Positions 38,530 through 47,789 of a stretch of DNA of 64,000 nt are shown piece after piece. Under the pieces are notes generated by a model. It was not told the origin of the DNA, searched no databases, and was given only the letters and a program-made list of their open reading frames with translations. Origin of the DNA: Escherichia phage vB_EcoM_IME537; sequence record NC_054921.1; one strand, 5' to 3'. The position numbers and the translations under genes were made by a program. Numbering within the stretch: the first letter of the stretch is position 1; each line of letters begins with the position of its first letter.

Positions 38530-38999
38530 TCAGTGATAAAGTTATTTAAATTTTGAGTATATTTCTTTTCATCAAAAATCTTTTGTTGTCTGCGTAGCCG
38601 CCATGGCATTTCAATGAACGTGTACCATATCCCAGATAATATTGCTGCTGTAAAAATATTAACAAGTATGGTTAAAAGAATCCAATCTCCTATTCTGTCC
38701 ATTGGATTTTTTATAAAAAAGTAAAATACGAATGATGTCACAGGAAGACTAATAATATACCACAGAATCATAATCTTATCTGTGAACCAATCAGCGTTCG
38801 TTAATTTAGCGCGACCATTATGAATACACACGAATTTATCATCTGTTGCAGTAGATGGCTTAACTGGTTGATATCCCATTCTAAACTCCCTAATCAGCAA
38901 ATTTTTCATATCTTCGGAACAGCCATTCCAGTCAACTCTATCAACTGGAATGCCATCATCCCCATCATCTAAATCATACCAGCGAGTTTTTAAAATCAT
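38511..38999 (-). CDS. membrane protein, tandem paralog 1 of 3
   Basis: 162 aa; transmembrane segments; C-terminal FITECRK. Confidence 0.5.
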   Translation of the reverse strand: MILKTRWYDLDDGDDGIPVDRVDWNGCSEDMKNLLIREFRMGYQPVKPSTATDDKFVCIHNGRAKLTNADWFTDKIMILWYIISLPVTSFVFYFFIKNPMDRIGDWILLTILVNIFTAAILSGIWYTFIEMPWRLRRQQKIFDEKKYTQNLNNFITECRKLK

Positions 39000-39358
39000 C
39001 TGATTTTCCTACAATCACTTACAAACTCTTTCATTGATTCATTTTCAATATAAGACATGTAGTTATTATATTCTTTTAATTGTATTTTGTAATCCTTTTT
39101 TCTTTGCCAATTTATTTTAAAATTATCATAATGAAAATATAACATGGTACCAAAGAATGAAAATAATGAAATCGCTATAGTAAAACGAAGTTCACTCCAA
39201 ACCTCTGTTATAATTGCTGAACCATCGATGTTTAAAATAATACAGTCAATCATTAATCCAATAAGACTACCCGCAAGAGCTGTAAATACTGATACAGCAA
39301 GAATTAATAGTGCCTCAGGAAACGAATATTTGACTTTATTTAGTTTTGGCTTTTGCAT
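38996..39358 (-). CDS. membrane protein, tandem paralog 2 of 3
   Basis: 120 aa; C-terminal FVSDCRK. Confidence 0.5.
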   Translation of the reverse strand: MQKPKLNKVKYSFPEALLILAVSVFTALAGSLIGLMIDCIILNIDGSAIITEVWSELRFTIAISLFSFFGTMLYFHYDNFKINWQRKKDYKIQLKEYNNYMSYIENESMKEFVSDCRKIR

Positions 39359-39732
39359 CGTGATTCCTTAACAAATTTCATAATTTCATCAAATTCATAC
39401 GCAGCAAGTTTAAGCTGATGTTCTTTTTTAATCTTTTTGCACTGGGCTTTCCACTCACGTACGCGTTTACGATAATGTCTTCCTTGATACCAGTATCCTA
39501 CCCAATTTACAGGTACTAATAAAAGCGGAATTATTAATGGAAGAATTAGTGTTGCTCCAAATATTGCACCAGATTCAATATCAGTCATAACGTCTATAAC
39601 CATTCCAGCAATCAGCAGAATCACAAATGATACAGCTACCACAGGACCTATTAATACATCAGTAGGAATTAGCTGACGCTTTAGTTCATACTTCACAGGT
39701 TTACTTGGAAGGTATAGTGATGGCTTTGACAT
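39340..39732 (-). CDS. membrane protein, tandem paralog 3 of 3
   Basis: 130 aa from ATG 39732; C-terminal FVKESRCK. Confidence 0.45.
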   Translation of the reverse strand: MSKPSLYLPSKPVKYELKRQLIPTDVLIGPVVAVSFVILLIAGMVIDVMTDIESGAIFGATLILPLIIPLLLVPVNWVGYWYQGRHYRKRVREWKAQCKKIKKEHQLKLAAYEFDEIMKFVKESRCKSQN

Positions 39733-40315
39733 ATTCTCTACATTCCTTAACAAATTTTTCTAGTAATAAATCGCTTTCAAAATTAGGATTTTCCACGAAT
39801 TTATCAAAAAGATCATCAACAATAGTCAAGATATTCTTTTTACTAAGAATACGCTTATTTTCATATTTTGTTTCAGAATCAACTATAAGAGTAAAGAAAT
39901 ATTTCTTTCCCTGAAATTTTACCGTAGTATCAATATAGAACAAATTTGACTTTTGTAAATTACGTTTAAACCATGCATCACTTAAACTATAAACGCCAAG
40001 ATAATCATAATCGTCGTTTAAATAACAAACCGTCCATTCAGGAGAAATGAAATCAGTAAATTCAACATCAAAATCACACGTCAATGAATGAATTGATTCA
40101 ATACTGTTAATGAGTATTCCAGGACGTATTAAAGACTTTTTACCTCTAGAAAATCTTCCAGAAAGACTTTCATCAGTTTCATATGAAGACCCCCAATAGT
40201 AATTACGTCCTTCTGCCATACGTTTAAGAGCATTTAGTAATTGGTCTGGAACATCAACCTGTCTTTGGAACTCTTCAAACATTGAATTGAAATCACTTTG
40301 CATTTTCATTTTCAT
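39701..40315 (-). CDS. hypothetical protein
   Basis: 204-aa ORF, ATG start. Confidence 0.5.
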   Translation of the reverse strand: MKMKMQSDFNSMFEEFQRQVDVPDQLLNALKRMAEGRNYYWGSSYETDESLSGRFSRGKKSLIRPGILINSIESIHSLTCDFDVEFTDFISPEWTVCYLNDDYDYLGVYSLSDAWFKRNLQKSNLFYIDTTVKFQGKKYFFTLIVDSETKYENKRILSKKNILTIVDDLFDKFVENPNFESDLLLEKFVKECREYVKAITIPSK

Positions 40316-40334
40316 TCCTATTTACTCCAAGTAT

Positions 40335-40352
40335 AAGGGGCCGAAGCCCCTT
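40335..40352 (-). other. intercistronic C(UUCG)G hairpin
   Basis: AAGGGGCCGAAGCCCCTT. Confidence 0.35.
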
Positions 40353-40356
40353 ATCA

Positions 40357-40950
40357 TTATTTCAGAGAATTAATGTATTCCTGAACATCGGCAGAGGTAG
40401 TTTCAACCCCGGAAATATTACCGTTAAAGGTTTCAACTCGAGCAAGAGTATCTTCAATATCAACCTTAGTCAGTGCTGCGATTTCAACTACATCATCAGC
40501 AGTACTAATTCCAAGGGCATTTGCCGCACGAGTTTCACGGATATATTCCAATTTAACTGCAAGTTCTTGGCGAGCATCATCTAACTCAACTACTTTCTTG
40601 GCGATTTCAATTCGCATTTCAGCATAACCATCAGCTTTAGTAGTCAACTGCTCAGCTGTTCGACGATATAGTAAACCGAGCTTAGCATGCATTGTTACAT
40701 CTTGACCTTCGGAAAGAAGTTTGCGAATTTCACGCTCTTTTGATTCGGCTTGTCGATTCTTTTCGATAACAAGTTCACGAATACGTTTTTCTTCATTAAT
40801 AGATTTAACAGAAGCAGTTTTTAGGTCTTTAATTTTATCAAGAAGTTTTGCTGCTGCAGCAGTATACTGTTCTTCGACAGATAGATTTTTAGCCATAGCA
40901 GAACCAAGTTTAGTGCGAATAAACTCAACAATTTTCTTCAGTGTGTTCAT
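40357..40950 (-). CDS. coiled-coil protein with PspA/IM30-like character
   Basis: 197 aa; almost entirely heptad-rich helix. Confidence 0.45.
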   Translation of the reverse strand: MNTLKKIVEFIRTKLGSAMAKNLSVEEQYTAAAAKLLDKIKDLKTASVKSINEEKRIRELVIEKNRQAESKEREIRKLLSEGQDVTMHAKLGLLYRRTAEQLTTKADGYAEMRIEIAKKVVELDDARQELAVKLEYIRETRAANALGISTADDVVEIAALTKVDIEDTLARVETFNGNISGVETTSADVQEYINSLK

Positions 40951-40993
40951 AGTATTTCCTTAGGTTAATTGAGATTTAAAATCTGCGGAAGAA

Positions 40994-41524
40994 TTATATC
41001 CCATTATTTGAGAGATGTAAACTATTTTTAATTTTACAAATTCGTTCAGCTTCATCGATAGCAGCATTAATAATGCTTTTAGCTATAGGAGTACTAATAC
41101 TAGTAGCTTTTACACTTAACACGATTTCTTTATCTTTACCAGGCCAACCCCACGATTTTTCACCGTGAGTGCCTTTAATTACAGCAGACACCTCAAGTGA
41201 GCATCCATTATCACATGTTTTTACATTAACAACCCAAGGGTCACTTTTCTCAATCGGTTTCTCAATCGGTTTATCCCAGTAAATATTAAGAATACGTGGA
41301 ACATCAAATTTGGCAGGACAAATCTTAACCGTAAGACCTTCGCTTTCTAGCCAATTAATAAGAGGGCGTTCATACAGGCGACGATGTGGGCTTGGGATTC
41401 GACAAGCCTTATGTCCGTTGCTTGCGGCTTCACTAAGCTGTTCTAATACCTGCTTTTGCATTATTGATAAAATACCATCAAAAGATCTTTCGGAAGTTTC
41501 ATTCAGTTCGGTATAAAGAGACAT
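40994..41524 (-). CDS. hypothetical protein
   Basis: 176-aa ORF, ATG start. Confidence 0.5.
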   Translation of the reverse strand: MSLYTELNETSERSFDGILSIMQKQVLEQLSEAASNGHKACRIPSPHRRLYERPLINWLESEGLTVKICPAKFDVPRILNIYWDKPIEKPIEKSDPWVVNVKTCDNGCSLEVSAVIKGTHGEKSWGWPGKDKEIVLSVKATSISTPIAKSIINAAIDEAERICKIKNSLHLSNNGI

Positions 41525-41579
41525 AACAGTTTCCTCAAATTATAGGCTCATAATATCTCAATCATGAGCCTATGTAAAC

Positions 41580-41843
41580 TTATTTCATATTATTGAAATA
41601 TTCTTCTGCGATTTCGTCGTTATCATGGTAAACTTTAGAAGACAGTTTAACATAACCTTCAGCAGTGAACATGTTAATCACAACCTTTACAGTATACCAC
41701 TGACCGTCTTCATTACCCATTACTGCATAAGTTTCAAACATCGGATGGTCAGGACCGATAACTTTAATATCATTCACTGTACGACCGAAATCTTCTGAAA
41801 CACATTTCATAAAGAAGTTGAACAGTTCGCCGTAATTATCCAT
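41580..41843 (-). CDS. hypothetical protein
   Basis: 87 aa from ATG 41843 with SD GGAGA; the track's longer ORF would begin upstream of the promoter. Confidence 0.4.
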   Translation of the reverse strand: MDNYGELFNFFMKCVSEDFGRTVNDIKVIGPDHPMFETYAVMGNEDGQWYTVKVVINMFTAEGYVKLSSKVYHDNDEIAEEYFNNMK

Positions 41844-41886
41844 TTCATTCTCCAAGTTGTTTTCTGTATCAGTAGTTGATAGTTGT

Positions 41887-41916
41887 ATAGTACCATGGAA
41901 GAACAGAGATGTAAAC
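41887..41916 (-). promoter_or_regulatory. sigma70-type early promoter (-35 GTTTACA, -10 TACTAT)
   Basis: GTTTACATCTCTGTTCTTCCATGGTACTAT. Confidence 0.5.
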
Positions 41917-42053
41917 AGTTTTGTGAAAAAAAAAAATTTTAAAAAGTTTTGGGGAATTCTAGGGCAGGGAGGGGCAATTAAAAGATAGGATAATATATTA
42001 TAAAGGGTATAAACTAAATGATGCCTAGAGAGGTCCAAAAAGGCCTAGATACC

Positions 42054-42081
42054 AAAAAGCCCCAACCTTTCGGCTGGGGCT
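42054..42081 (-). terminator. rho-independent terminator, copy A of a direct repeat
   Basis: transcript AGCCCCAGCCGAAAGGUUGGGGCU then UUUUU; 8 nt downstream of the 42089 stop. Confidence 0.6.
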
Positions 42082-42088
42082 AAGAATG

Positions 42089-42562
42089 TTATTTAATTTG
42101 TTTAGCAGACCAAATGCGGTCTTTGATAATTTTTTGGATGTCTTCAACATACTCAAGAGAGTGAGCATGCGGGTTATCTTTGAAACTATAAGCACGAGCT
42201 AACTTTTGGCCTTCAGTTTTGATTACTAAAAGCTCTTTAAGGATAGCTTCATATTTAGAAATAATTCCTTTAACAATATTTTTTTCTTGTGCAGCTTTAG
42301 GATCTGCTTTAGGAGCAGGTTTACCCGAAGCCTTTGCAAAAGCAGCGCCAGTAGCAACTAAACTTTTCCAGGCCATACTAACTGCATTTCCCGTAAATCC
42401 TTCTGCTTTCATGTCGCGAGCAAACTGGAATCGTGATTCGTCAGAAGCATCTTTATAGGAATATTTACCCGCTGCAATGGCTGCTTTTGCGACAGCTTGA
42501 ATTTCGGTGCTAGATGCTTCATTTAACACCGCTTCATTTAAAAATTGAGCATATGATTTCAT
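42089..42562 (-). CDS. internal-protein-like gene with capsid targeting sequence, lying between two terminator repeats
   Basis: 157 aa; N-terminus MKSYAQFLNEA; late promoter upstream. Confidence 0.6.
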   Translation of the reverse strand: MKSYAQFLNEAVLNEASSTEIQAVAKAAIAAGKYSYKDASDESRFQFARDMKAEGFTGNAVSMAWKSLVATGAAFAKASGKPAPKADPKAAQEKNIVKGIISKYEAILKELLVIKTEGQKLARAYSFKDNPHAHSLEYVEDIQKIIKDRIWSAKQIK

Positions 42563-42599
42563 CTTATTTCCTGTTCTAATTCGTGGATTTAATATATTA

Positions 42600-42607
42600 T
42601 ATTTATA
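42600..42607 (-). promoter_or_regulatory. late promoter TATAAATA
   Basis: TATAAATA on the minus strand about 38 nt upstream of the 42562 start. Confidence 0.5.
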
Positions 42608-42609
42608 CT

Positions 42610-42637
42610 AAAAAGCCCCAACCTTTCGGTCGGGGCT
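42610..42637 (-). terminator. rho-independent terminator, copy B of the direct repeat (end of tRNA/stable-RNA transcript)
   Basis: transcript AGCCCCGACCGAAAGGUUGGGGCU then UUUUU. Confidence 0.6.
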
Positions 42638-42640
42638 AAG

Positions 42641-42944
42641 CCTTGCGGCAACCTTGTAGGGGTTCCACCTGCTAAGGCAAGTGTTTGTACGAAACGCCGG
42701 GATTCGAACCCGGTTATTAAGTAGTTGACGCTACTCAATATTTTTAAAAGGCCATATCTCGACCATATCCGAACGTTCCGTCAAAAACGCTACTCGGCTT
42801 ACGGCAAAGATATTTCCTCGAATCGATAATTCGGTGCGCCGTTTCTGCTGTGATAGTAAAGAGCCAGAACACAGTAAAACTGTGGGAGGAAACTATACTC
42901 CAGGGAACATCAGTCCGACGACTTACCGGTAGCGACCCGGTTTC
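42641..42944 (-). ncRNA. putative stable small RNA region (T4 RNA C / RNA D equivalents)
   Basis: no convincing ORF; tRNA-like T-arm GGGTTCGAATCCC; T4 synteny downstream of tRNA-Arg; boundaries not resolved. Confidence 0.35.
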
Positions 42945-43295
42945 TTAATATTCTTTTAAAGAATCAATATATTCACGGCGTTTACGCCACAAATCAATTG
43001 CTTCATACGCGGATTCAGCATTTCGAATTAGCCGGCATTTATGTAAAGACTTATGATTTTGATATTGTGTAGATAACGGAATTGTATCTAAAAGGTCTTT
43101 ACGATCAAAATATTCGTAACCATCTAAACCAAATGAACGATTTTTGAGAAATTGCCAATGACCATATTCGTTTTCGACATAAACATAATCTGCATGCTGA
43201 TAAAGCAAATTAATTACACGTTCAGAAATAACAGTATCATTATGATTAAAATAGAATGTTAAATCATGAACTACTAAATAAACATTACCTTTCAT
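42945..43295 (-). CDS. hypothetical protein
   Basis: 116-aa ORF, ATG start. Confidence 0.45.
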   Translation of the reverse strand: MKGNVYLVVHDLTFYFNHNDTVISERVINLLYQHADYVYVENEYGHWQFLKNRSFGLDGYEYFDRKDLLDTIPLSTQYQNHKSLHKCRLIRNAESAYEAIDLWRKRREYIDSLKEY

Positions 43296-43313
43296 ATTTT
43301 CCTCACTTATAAT

Positions 43314-43389
43314 TGGTCGAGGCAGTAGGGATCGAACCTACGACCTAGGACTTAGAAGGTCCTTGCTCTTCCTTCTGAGCTATGCCCCG
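43314..43389 (-). tRNA. tRNA-Arg: tRNA-Arg (anticodon UCU), CCA encoded
   Basis: hand-folded cloverleaf; T-arm GGTTCGATCC; anticodon loop CTTCTAA. Confidence 0.8.
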
Positions 43390-43392
43390 TAA

Positions 43393-44058
43393 TTAAAATT
43401 TCATTTTTCGACCTTTAAACCATCCTTCTGGAATTGGGTCAGTTTTCTTAATACGTTTAGAAACTTTTTCATCTAATGAATGAATCCACATCATACCAAA
43501 TTGGGAATTCTTTTCTCCTTTCTGGTGATTATTTTTAGCGTGAATTTCTTTCATTTTATTAATAGTTTCAGGAGTATGATGCTTATTTAAAAATCTGCTA
43601 TTATTTAAAAATTTTTCCTTGTATTCAGGAGTTGACCACAAACGTTTAAATACATTTGAACCAATTTTACGATATTTTTCTTGAAGTAAAATATCATTTT
43701 CAAAACGTGATTTAAACGATTTAGCTCCTTTTAAGCTAGCATCTTTCTTCTGGTTTAGCATCCCAGGAATATTTATATGGTCCCATCCACCTTCACCGCC
43801 AAGTTTTAAATTATACACATCTGGTCTATTTAAAAACTCTTCTGTGACAATATTTTTCTCGGCTTCAAGCATAGATTCTTTATCATCAAAATACTCTAAT
43901 ATTTCTTTAGAGAAATTTTCTATACCATACTTGTCTTGGGCTCTTTTTAATAATTTACCAGAACCCATATATCCATCATCTAAATTTTCGGTAGAATGCA
44001 CACCAATATAAATTTTATTATTAATTTTATTTGTTATTTTATAAGTGTAATGGAACAT
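43393..44058 (-). CDS. segB: GIY-YIG homing endonuclease SegB
   Basis: 221 aa; YTYKITNKINNKIYIG...GGEGG; embedded in the tRNA cluster as in T4. Confidence 0.85.
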   Translation of the reverse strand: MFHYTYKITNKINNKIYIGVHSTENLDDGYMGSGKLLKRAQDKYGIENFSKEILEYFDDKESMLEAEKNIVTEEFLNRPDVYNLKLGGEGGWDHINIPGMLNQKKDASLKGAKSFKSRFENDILLQEKYRKIGSNVFKRLWSTPEYKEKFLNNSRFLNKHHTPETINKMKEIHAKNNHQKGEKNSQFGMMWIHSLDEKVSKRIKKTDPIPEGWFKGRKMKF

Positions 44059-44099
44059 AAATATCTCCTATTTCTAAGAGTATTTATGTTCCCAAAATA

Positions 44100-44171
44100 T
44101 GGCCCTGGGTGGAATTGAACCACCATCTGGCGATTATGAGTCGCTTGCTTGAACCTTCCAGCTACAGGGCC
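44100..44171 (-). tRNA. tRNA-Ile: tRNA-Ile (anticodon CAU; lysidine-type assumed by T4 gene order)
   Basis: cloverleaf; T-arm GGTTCAATTCC; anticodon loop CTCATAA. Confidence 0.7.
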
Positions 44172-44177
44172 TTGATA

Positions 44178-44250
44178 TGCTGATTGACGGAATCGAACCG
44201 CCGACATCCTCATTACAAGTGAGGTGCTCTACCTACTGAGCTAAATCAGC
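44178..44250 (-). tRNA. tRNA-Thr: tRNA-Thr (anticodon UGU)
   Basis: cloverleaf; T-arm GGTTCGATTCC; anticodon loop CTTGTAA. Confidence 0.8.
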
Positions 44251-44257
44251 GAAATTA

Positions 44258-44344
44258 CGGAGGCGATAGGATTTGAACCTATGAGTCGCCGGAGCGACTG
44301 CCGGTTTTCAAGACCGGTGCATTAAACCACTCTGCCACGCCTCC
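44258..44344 (-). tRNA. tRNA-Ser: tRNA-Ser (anticodon UGA), long variable arm
   Basis: 87 nt; anticodon loop CTTGAAA; T-arm GGTTCAAATCC. Confidence 0.8.
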
Positions 44345-44346
44345 AG

Positions 44347-44420
44347 TCTCCGCGGCAGGATTTGAACCTGCGACATTCTGCTCCCAAAGCAGACGCTCTA
44401 CCAAACTGAGCTACACGGAG
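44347..44420 (-). tRNA. tRNA-Pro: tRNA-Pro (anticodon UGG)
   Basis: anticodon loop TTTGGGA; T-arm GGTTCAAATCC. Confidence 0.8.
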
Positions 44421-44432
44421 TAAATTAAATTT

Positions 44433-44504
<72 letters not shown>

Positions 44505-44509
44505 AAATT

Positions 44510-44596
44510 TGGTGCGAGAAGTGGGACTCGAACCCACAAGGAAATCATTCCGCAGCATTTTAAGTGCTGTGCCTTTACCAATTTGGCCATTCTCGC
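44510..44596 (-). tRNA. tRNA-Leu: tRNA-Leu (anticodon UAA), CCA encoded
   Basis: 87 nt with long variable arm; anticodon loop CTTAAAA; T-arm GGTTCGAGTCC. Confidence 0.8.
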
Positions 44597-44597
44597 G

Positions 44598-44670
44598 CTG
44601 GGAATAAAGGACTCGAACCTTTGCATCCTGGAATCAAAATCCAGTGCCTTACCAACTTGGCTAATTCCCA
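44598..44670 (-). tRNA. tRNA-Gln: tRNA-Gln (anticodon UUG)
   Basis: anticodon loop TTTTGAT; T-arm GGTTCGAGTCC. Confidence 0.8.
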
Positions 44671-44767
44671 ATTATTAACAAAGGCTCTTAAGCAAGAACC
44701 CTTGATGATAGAGGGTATTAATCAGTGCGATATGAGTTAATAATAACAAATAATTCTTAAAGCATAT

Positions 44768-45055
44768 TTACCATTTATAATAATACATATTTACGATGCA
44801 TTCAAGACCCAAAGGATTCTTGAAAATATCATATTCAAGAGGACCTTTTTCTGTTTCAATAAAGAAATCAAAATTTACTGTATTAAATTTACGTTCTTCC
44901 TTCACTAATTTAACTTGAGAAGATGAACGGTCAATGTAAACCTTTTCAACTTCAAAACATGTTAAAATGCCATAATCATCAATCAAAGCTTTAGCCGCGT
45001 CTTGATCATATTTATATCCATTTTCAATGGATGATACTTTCGCATAAAGAATCAT
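44768..45055 (-). CDS. hypothetical protein
   Basis: 95-aa ORF. Confidence 0.45.
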   Translation of the reverse strand: MILYAKVSSIENGYKYDQDAAKALIDDYGILTCFEVEKVYIDRSSSQVKLVKEERKFNTVNFDFFIETEKGPLEYDIFKNPLGLECIVNMYYYKW

Positions 45056-45057
45056 TA

Positions 45058-45441
45058 TCAGCCTTCATCAACAATAGTGTGAGTATGGGCATTTACGATT
45101 TGCCACCAGTCAAAACTATCGCCAAATCGTTTTGATTTATTGTCTTCAATAATTTGGCGTAATTCATCTTCTGTTTCAGCATACGCAATCAAATCATCAT
45201 ATCCACCACGAGGATAATAATTATCACCTGCAAAAAGTAAAAAGTTTGGTTTAATGTTATTGAACTCTTCAAGAGTAATAACTTTTCCTGACGGTTGAAC
45301 AATCTCTACATATTTATATCCCAATTTTTGAGCAGCATCTACTGCTTCAAGCAGGGTATCATGAGCCCATCCAATTTGGCAATCTGGCTTTTCAGATGGA
45401 TTAGCCTGATAATCCGCGTACACTTTATACATTCTATTCAC
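45058..45441 (-). CDS. hypothetical protein
   Basis: 127-aa ORF. Confidence 0.5.
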   Translation of the reverse strand: MNRMYKVYADYQANPSEKPDCQIGWAHDTLLEAVDAAQKLGYKYVEIVQPSGKVITLEEFNNIKPNFLLFAGDNYYPRGGYDDLIAYAETEDELRQIIEDNKSKRFGDSFDWWQIVNAHTHTIVDEG

Positions 45442-45619
45442 CTTTAGAAATTTTATCCATAACGATAGCGATTAAACCAATTAAAAATGCTACTACAAGT
45501 GAAAAAACATTTTCTGCTGTAGTCAATAATCCGCATATAAATCCAACAAACATTGAAAAACTAAAAGCGGAAACAGAAATTGCAATAGCAACATTTCGAA
45601 TTAATTCACAACGTTTCAT
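45434..45619 (-). CDS. small membrane protein
   Basis: 61 aa; two hydrophobic helices. Confidence 0.4.
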   Translation of the reverse strand: MKRCELIRNVAIAISVSAFSFSMFVGFICGLLTTAENVFSLVVAFLIGLIAIVMDKISKGE

Positions 45620-45647
45620 TTTATTCTCCTCAGTAGTTGATAGGGTA

Positions 45648-45677
45648 ATAGTATCACTACCCTATCTAAAAGTAAAC
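45648..45677 (-). promoter_or_regulatory. sigma70-type early promoter within an inverted repeat
   Basis: GTTTACT-N17-TACTAT; flanking GATAGGGTA / TACCCTATC. Confidence 0.5.
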
Positions 45678-45911
45678 TTATTTTTTACGAAAAATTGATT
45701 TATTTTCTGCTGCCCATTTTTCAATAACTGCAGCAGGACCAGTAACAACAATTTTATCACCGTAATCTTCTGCGGCGAGTTGACCGAAATTATCTAATGC
45801 ATCACGAAGAACTCCATGAGGCATTTCACCCATTTTATCTTTCTTACCAGTGTAAATAAACTCAACTTTTACATCAGCCGCTTCATTGATAAATTCTTTG
45901 AAAGTTTTCAT
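45678..45911 (-). CDS. internal-protein-like gene (ipI locus) with capsid targeting sequence
   Basis: 77 aa from ATG 45911; N-terminus MKTFKEFINEA. Confidence 0.5.
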   Translation of the reverse strand: MKTFKEFINEAADVKVEFIYTGKKDKMGEMPHGVLRDALDNFGQLAAEDYGDKIVVTGPAAVIEKWAAENKSIFRKK

Positions 45912-45945
45912 TTTGATTTCCATTTGGTTTTGTTTTGATAGGGTA

Positions 45946-45975
45946 ATAGTATCACAACTAAAACTCCATGTAAAC
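45946..45975 (-). promoter_or_regulatory. sigma70-type early promoter within an inverted repeat
   Basis: GTTTACA-N17-TACTAT; core GATAGGGTAATAGTATCAC also found at 26171 and 45640. Confidence 0.5.
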
Positions 45976-45987
45976 AACTTTATGAAA

Positions 45988-46245
45988 TTATTTCAAATCT
46001 TCTAATCGTTTCTTCATCTTAGAACCATTTTTAGCAATTTCTCCTGCATCGGAGCATAATGCTAAAAGTGCTTTAACTTTAGTTTGGTCTCCTTTAAAAG
46101 ATGAAGGATCGACTGCAGCAGCAAGTTCTTTAATACGAGAGAAAAGACGCTCAGCTTCAGCTAAAGCCATTCCAAGCTTTACTTCCATACCGTGAGAAGA
46201 TTCAGTGATAGTAGTTTTTGTAGCAAACTCTTTGAAAGTTTTCAT
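45988..46245 (-). CDS. internal-protein-like gene (ipI locus) with a degenerate targeting sequence
   Basis: 85 aa; N-terminus MKTFKEFATKT lacks the xEA cleavage context. Confidence 0.5.
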   Translation of the reverse strand: MKTFKEFATKTTITESSHGMEVKLGMALAEAERLFSRIKELAAAVDPSSFKGDQTKVKALLALCSDAGEIAKNGSKMKKRLEDLK

Positions 46246-46275
46246 TTTATTTTCCTAATTAATTTTGATGAGGTA

Positions 46276-46305
46276 ATAATATCACTACCTCATCAGTATG
46301 TAAAC
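46276..46305 (-). promoter_or_regulatory. sigma70-type early promoter within an inverted repeat
   Basis: GTTTACA-N17-TATTAT; flanking TGATGAGGTA / TACCTCATCA. Confidence 0.5.
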
Positions 46306-46317
46306 AACTTTGTGAAA

Positions 46318-47014
<697 letters not shown>

Positions 47015-47015
<1 letters not shown>

Positions 47016-47740
47016 TATAGTACCTTTAGTGTATTTTTAATTTTAGAAAAAAGTTCTTCAAGAGAACCATCGTTTGTAATTACTAAATCACCATCACGAA
47101 TTGGCAATCCAGCTTCTGTAATATGTGTATCATTGGATTTTTGACCAGGACGAACTACATGAATTACTGTAGCACCCATCGCCCTAGCCGCATCCATTTC
47201 ATGATCTTGACGAGTATCAGGAACGATATAATAATCATAACCTGAGTTAAATTTATCAAGATAATCTAAAGCAAATAATTTTACCCAATACATGCGGTCG
47301 AAGTTATTAACAATCAAATCCGTACCTAGGGCTTGCATCAGACGACGGACTGACCATTGATCTTCAATATTATTTATAACGTCAATAATCTTGTTACATG
47401 CTACGGAATCAACTGATTCTTGTCCTTCGTCCTCAAAAACACACACCCCCTTAATTGGGCTTTTACCGTTAAGATAGCAAAATGCTTGTTCCATAATCGT
47501 GATTACTTCTGATTTAGTCAGATTTAAATTAGTCTCACGATCATAGTCAATTCCTTCAAACTCTTTACGAGTTAAGCAAGGATAGTCAGTGTTTTCTGCA
47601 AATACACCCCATGCATAAGCCAATGCATCTTTAATAGGACCAGCAAGTTGATATTTAACTGCAGAATAATTATTCATGATAAAATCTGCAGTAGTATCTT
47701 TTCCACTACGCTTTACACCACTTAAAAAGATTAGTTTCAT
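47015..47740 (-). CDS. 1: deoxynucleoside monophosphate kinase gp1
   Basis: 241 aa; P-loop GVKRSGKDT. Confidence 0.9.
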
Positions 47741-47789
47741 ATGTTTCTCCTCAAATTTAGTTAAGATTATAACACATGAAACTGAAGCA

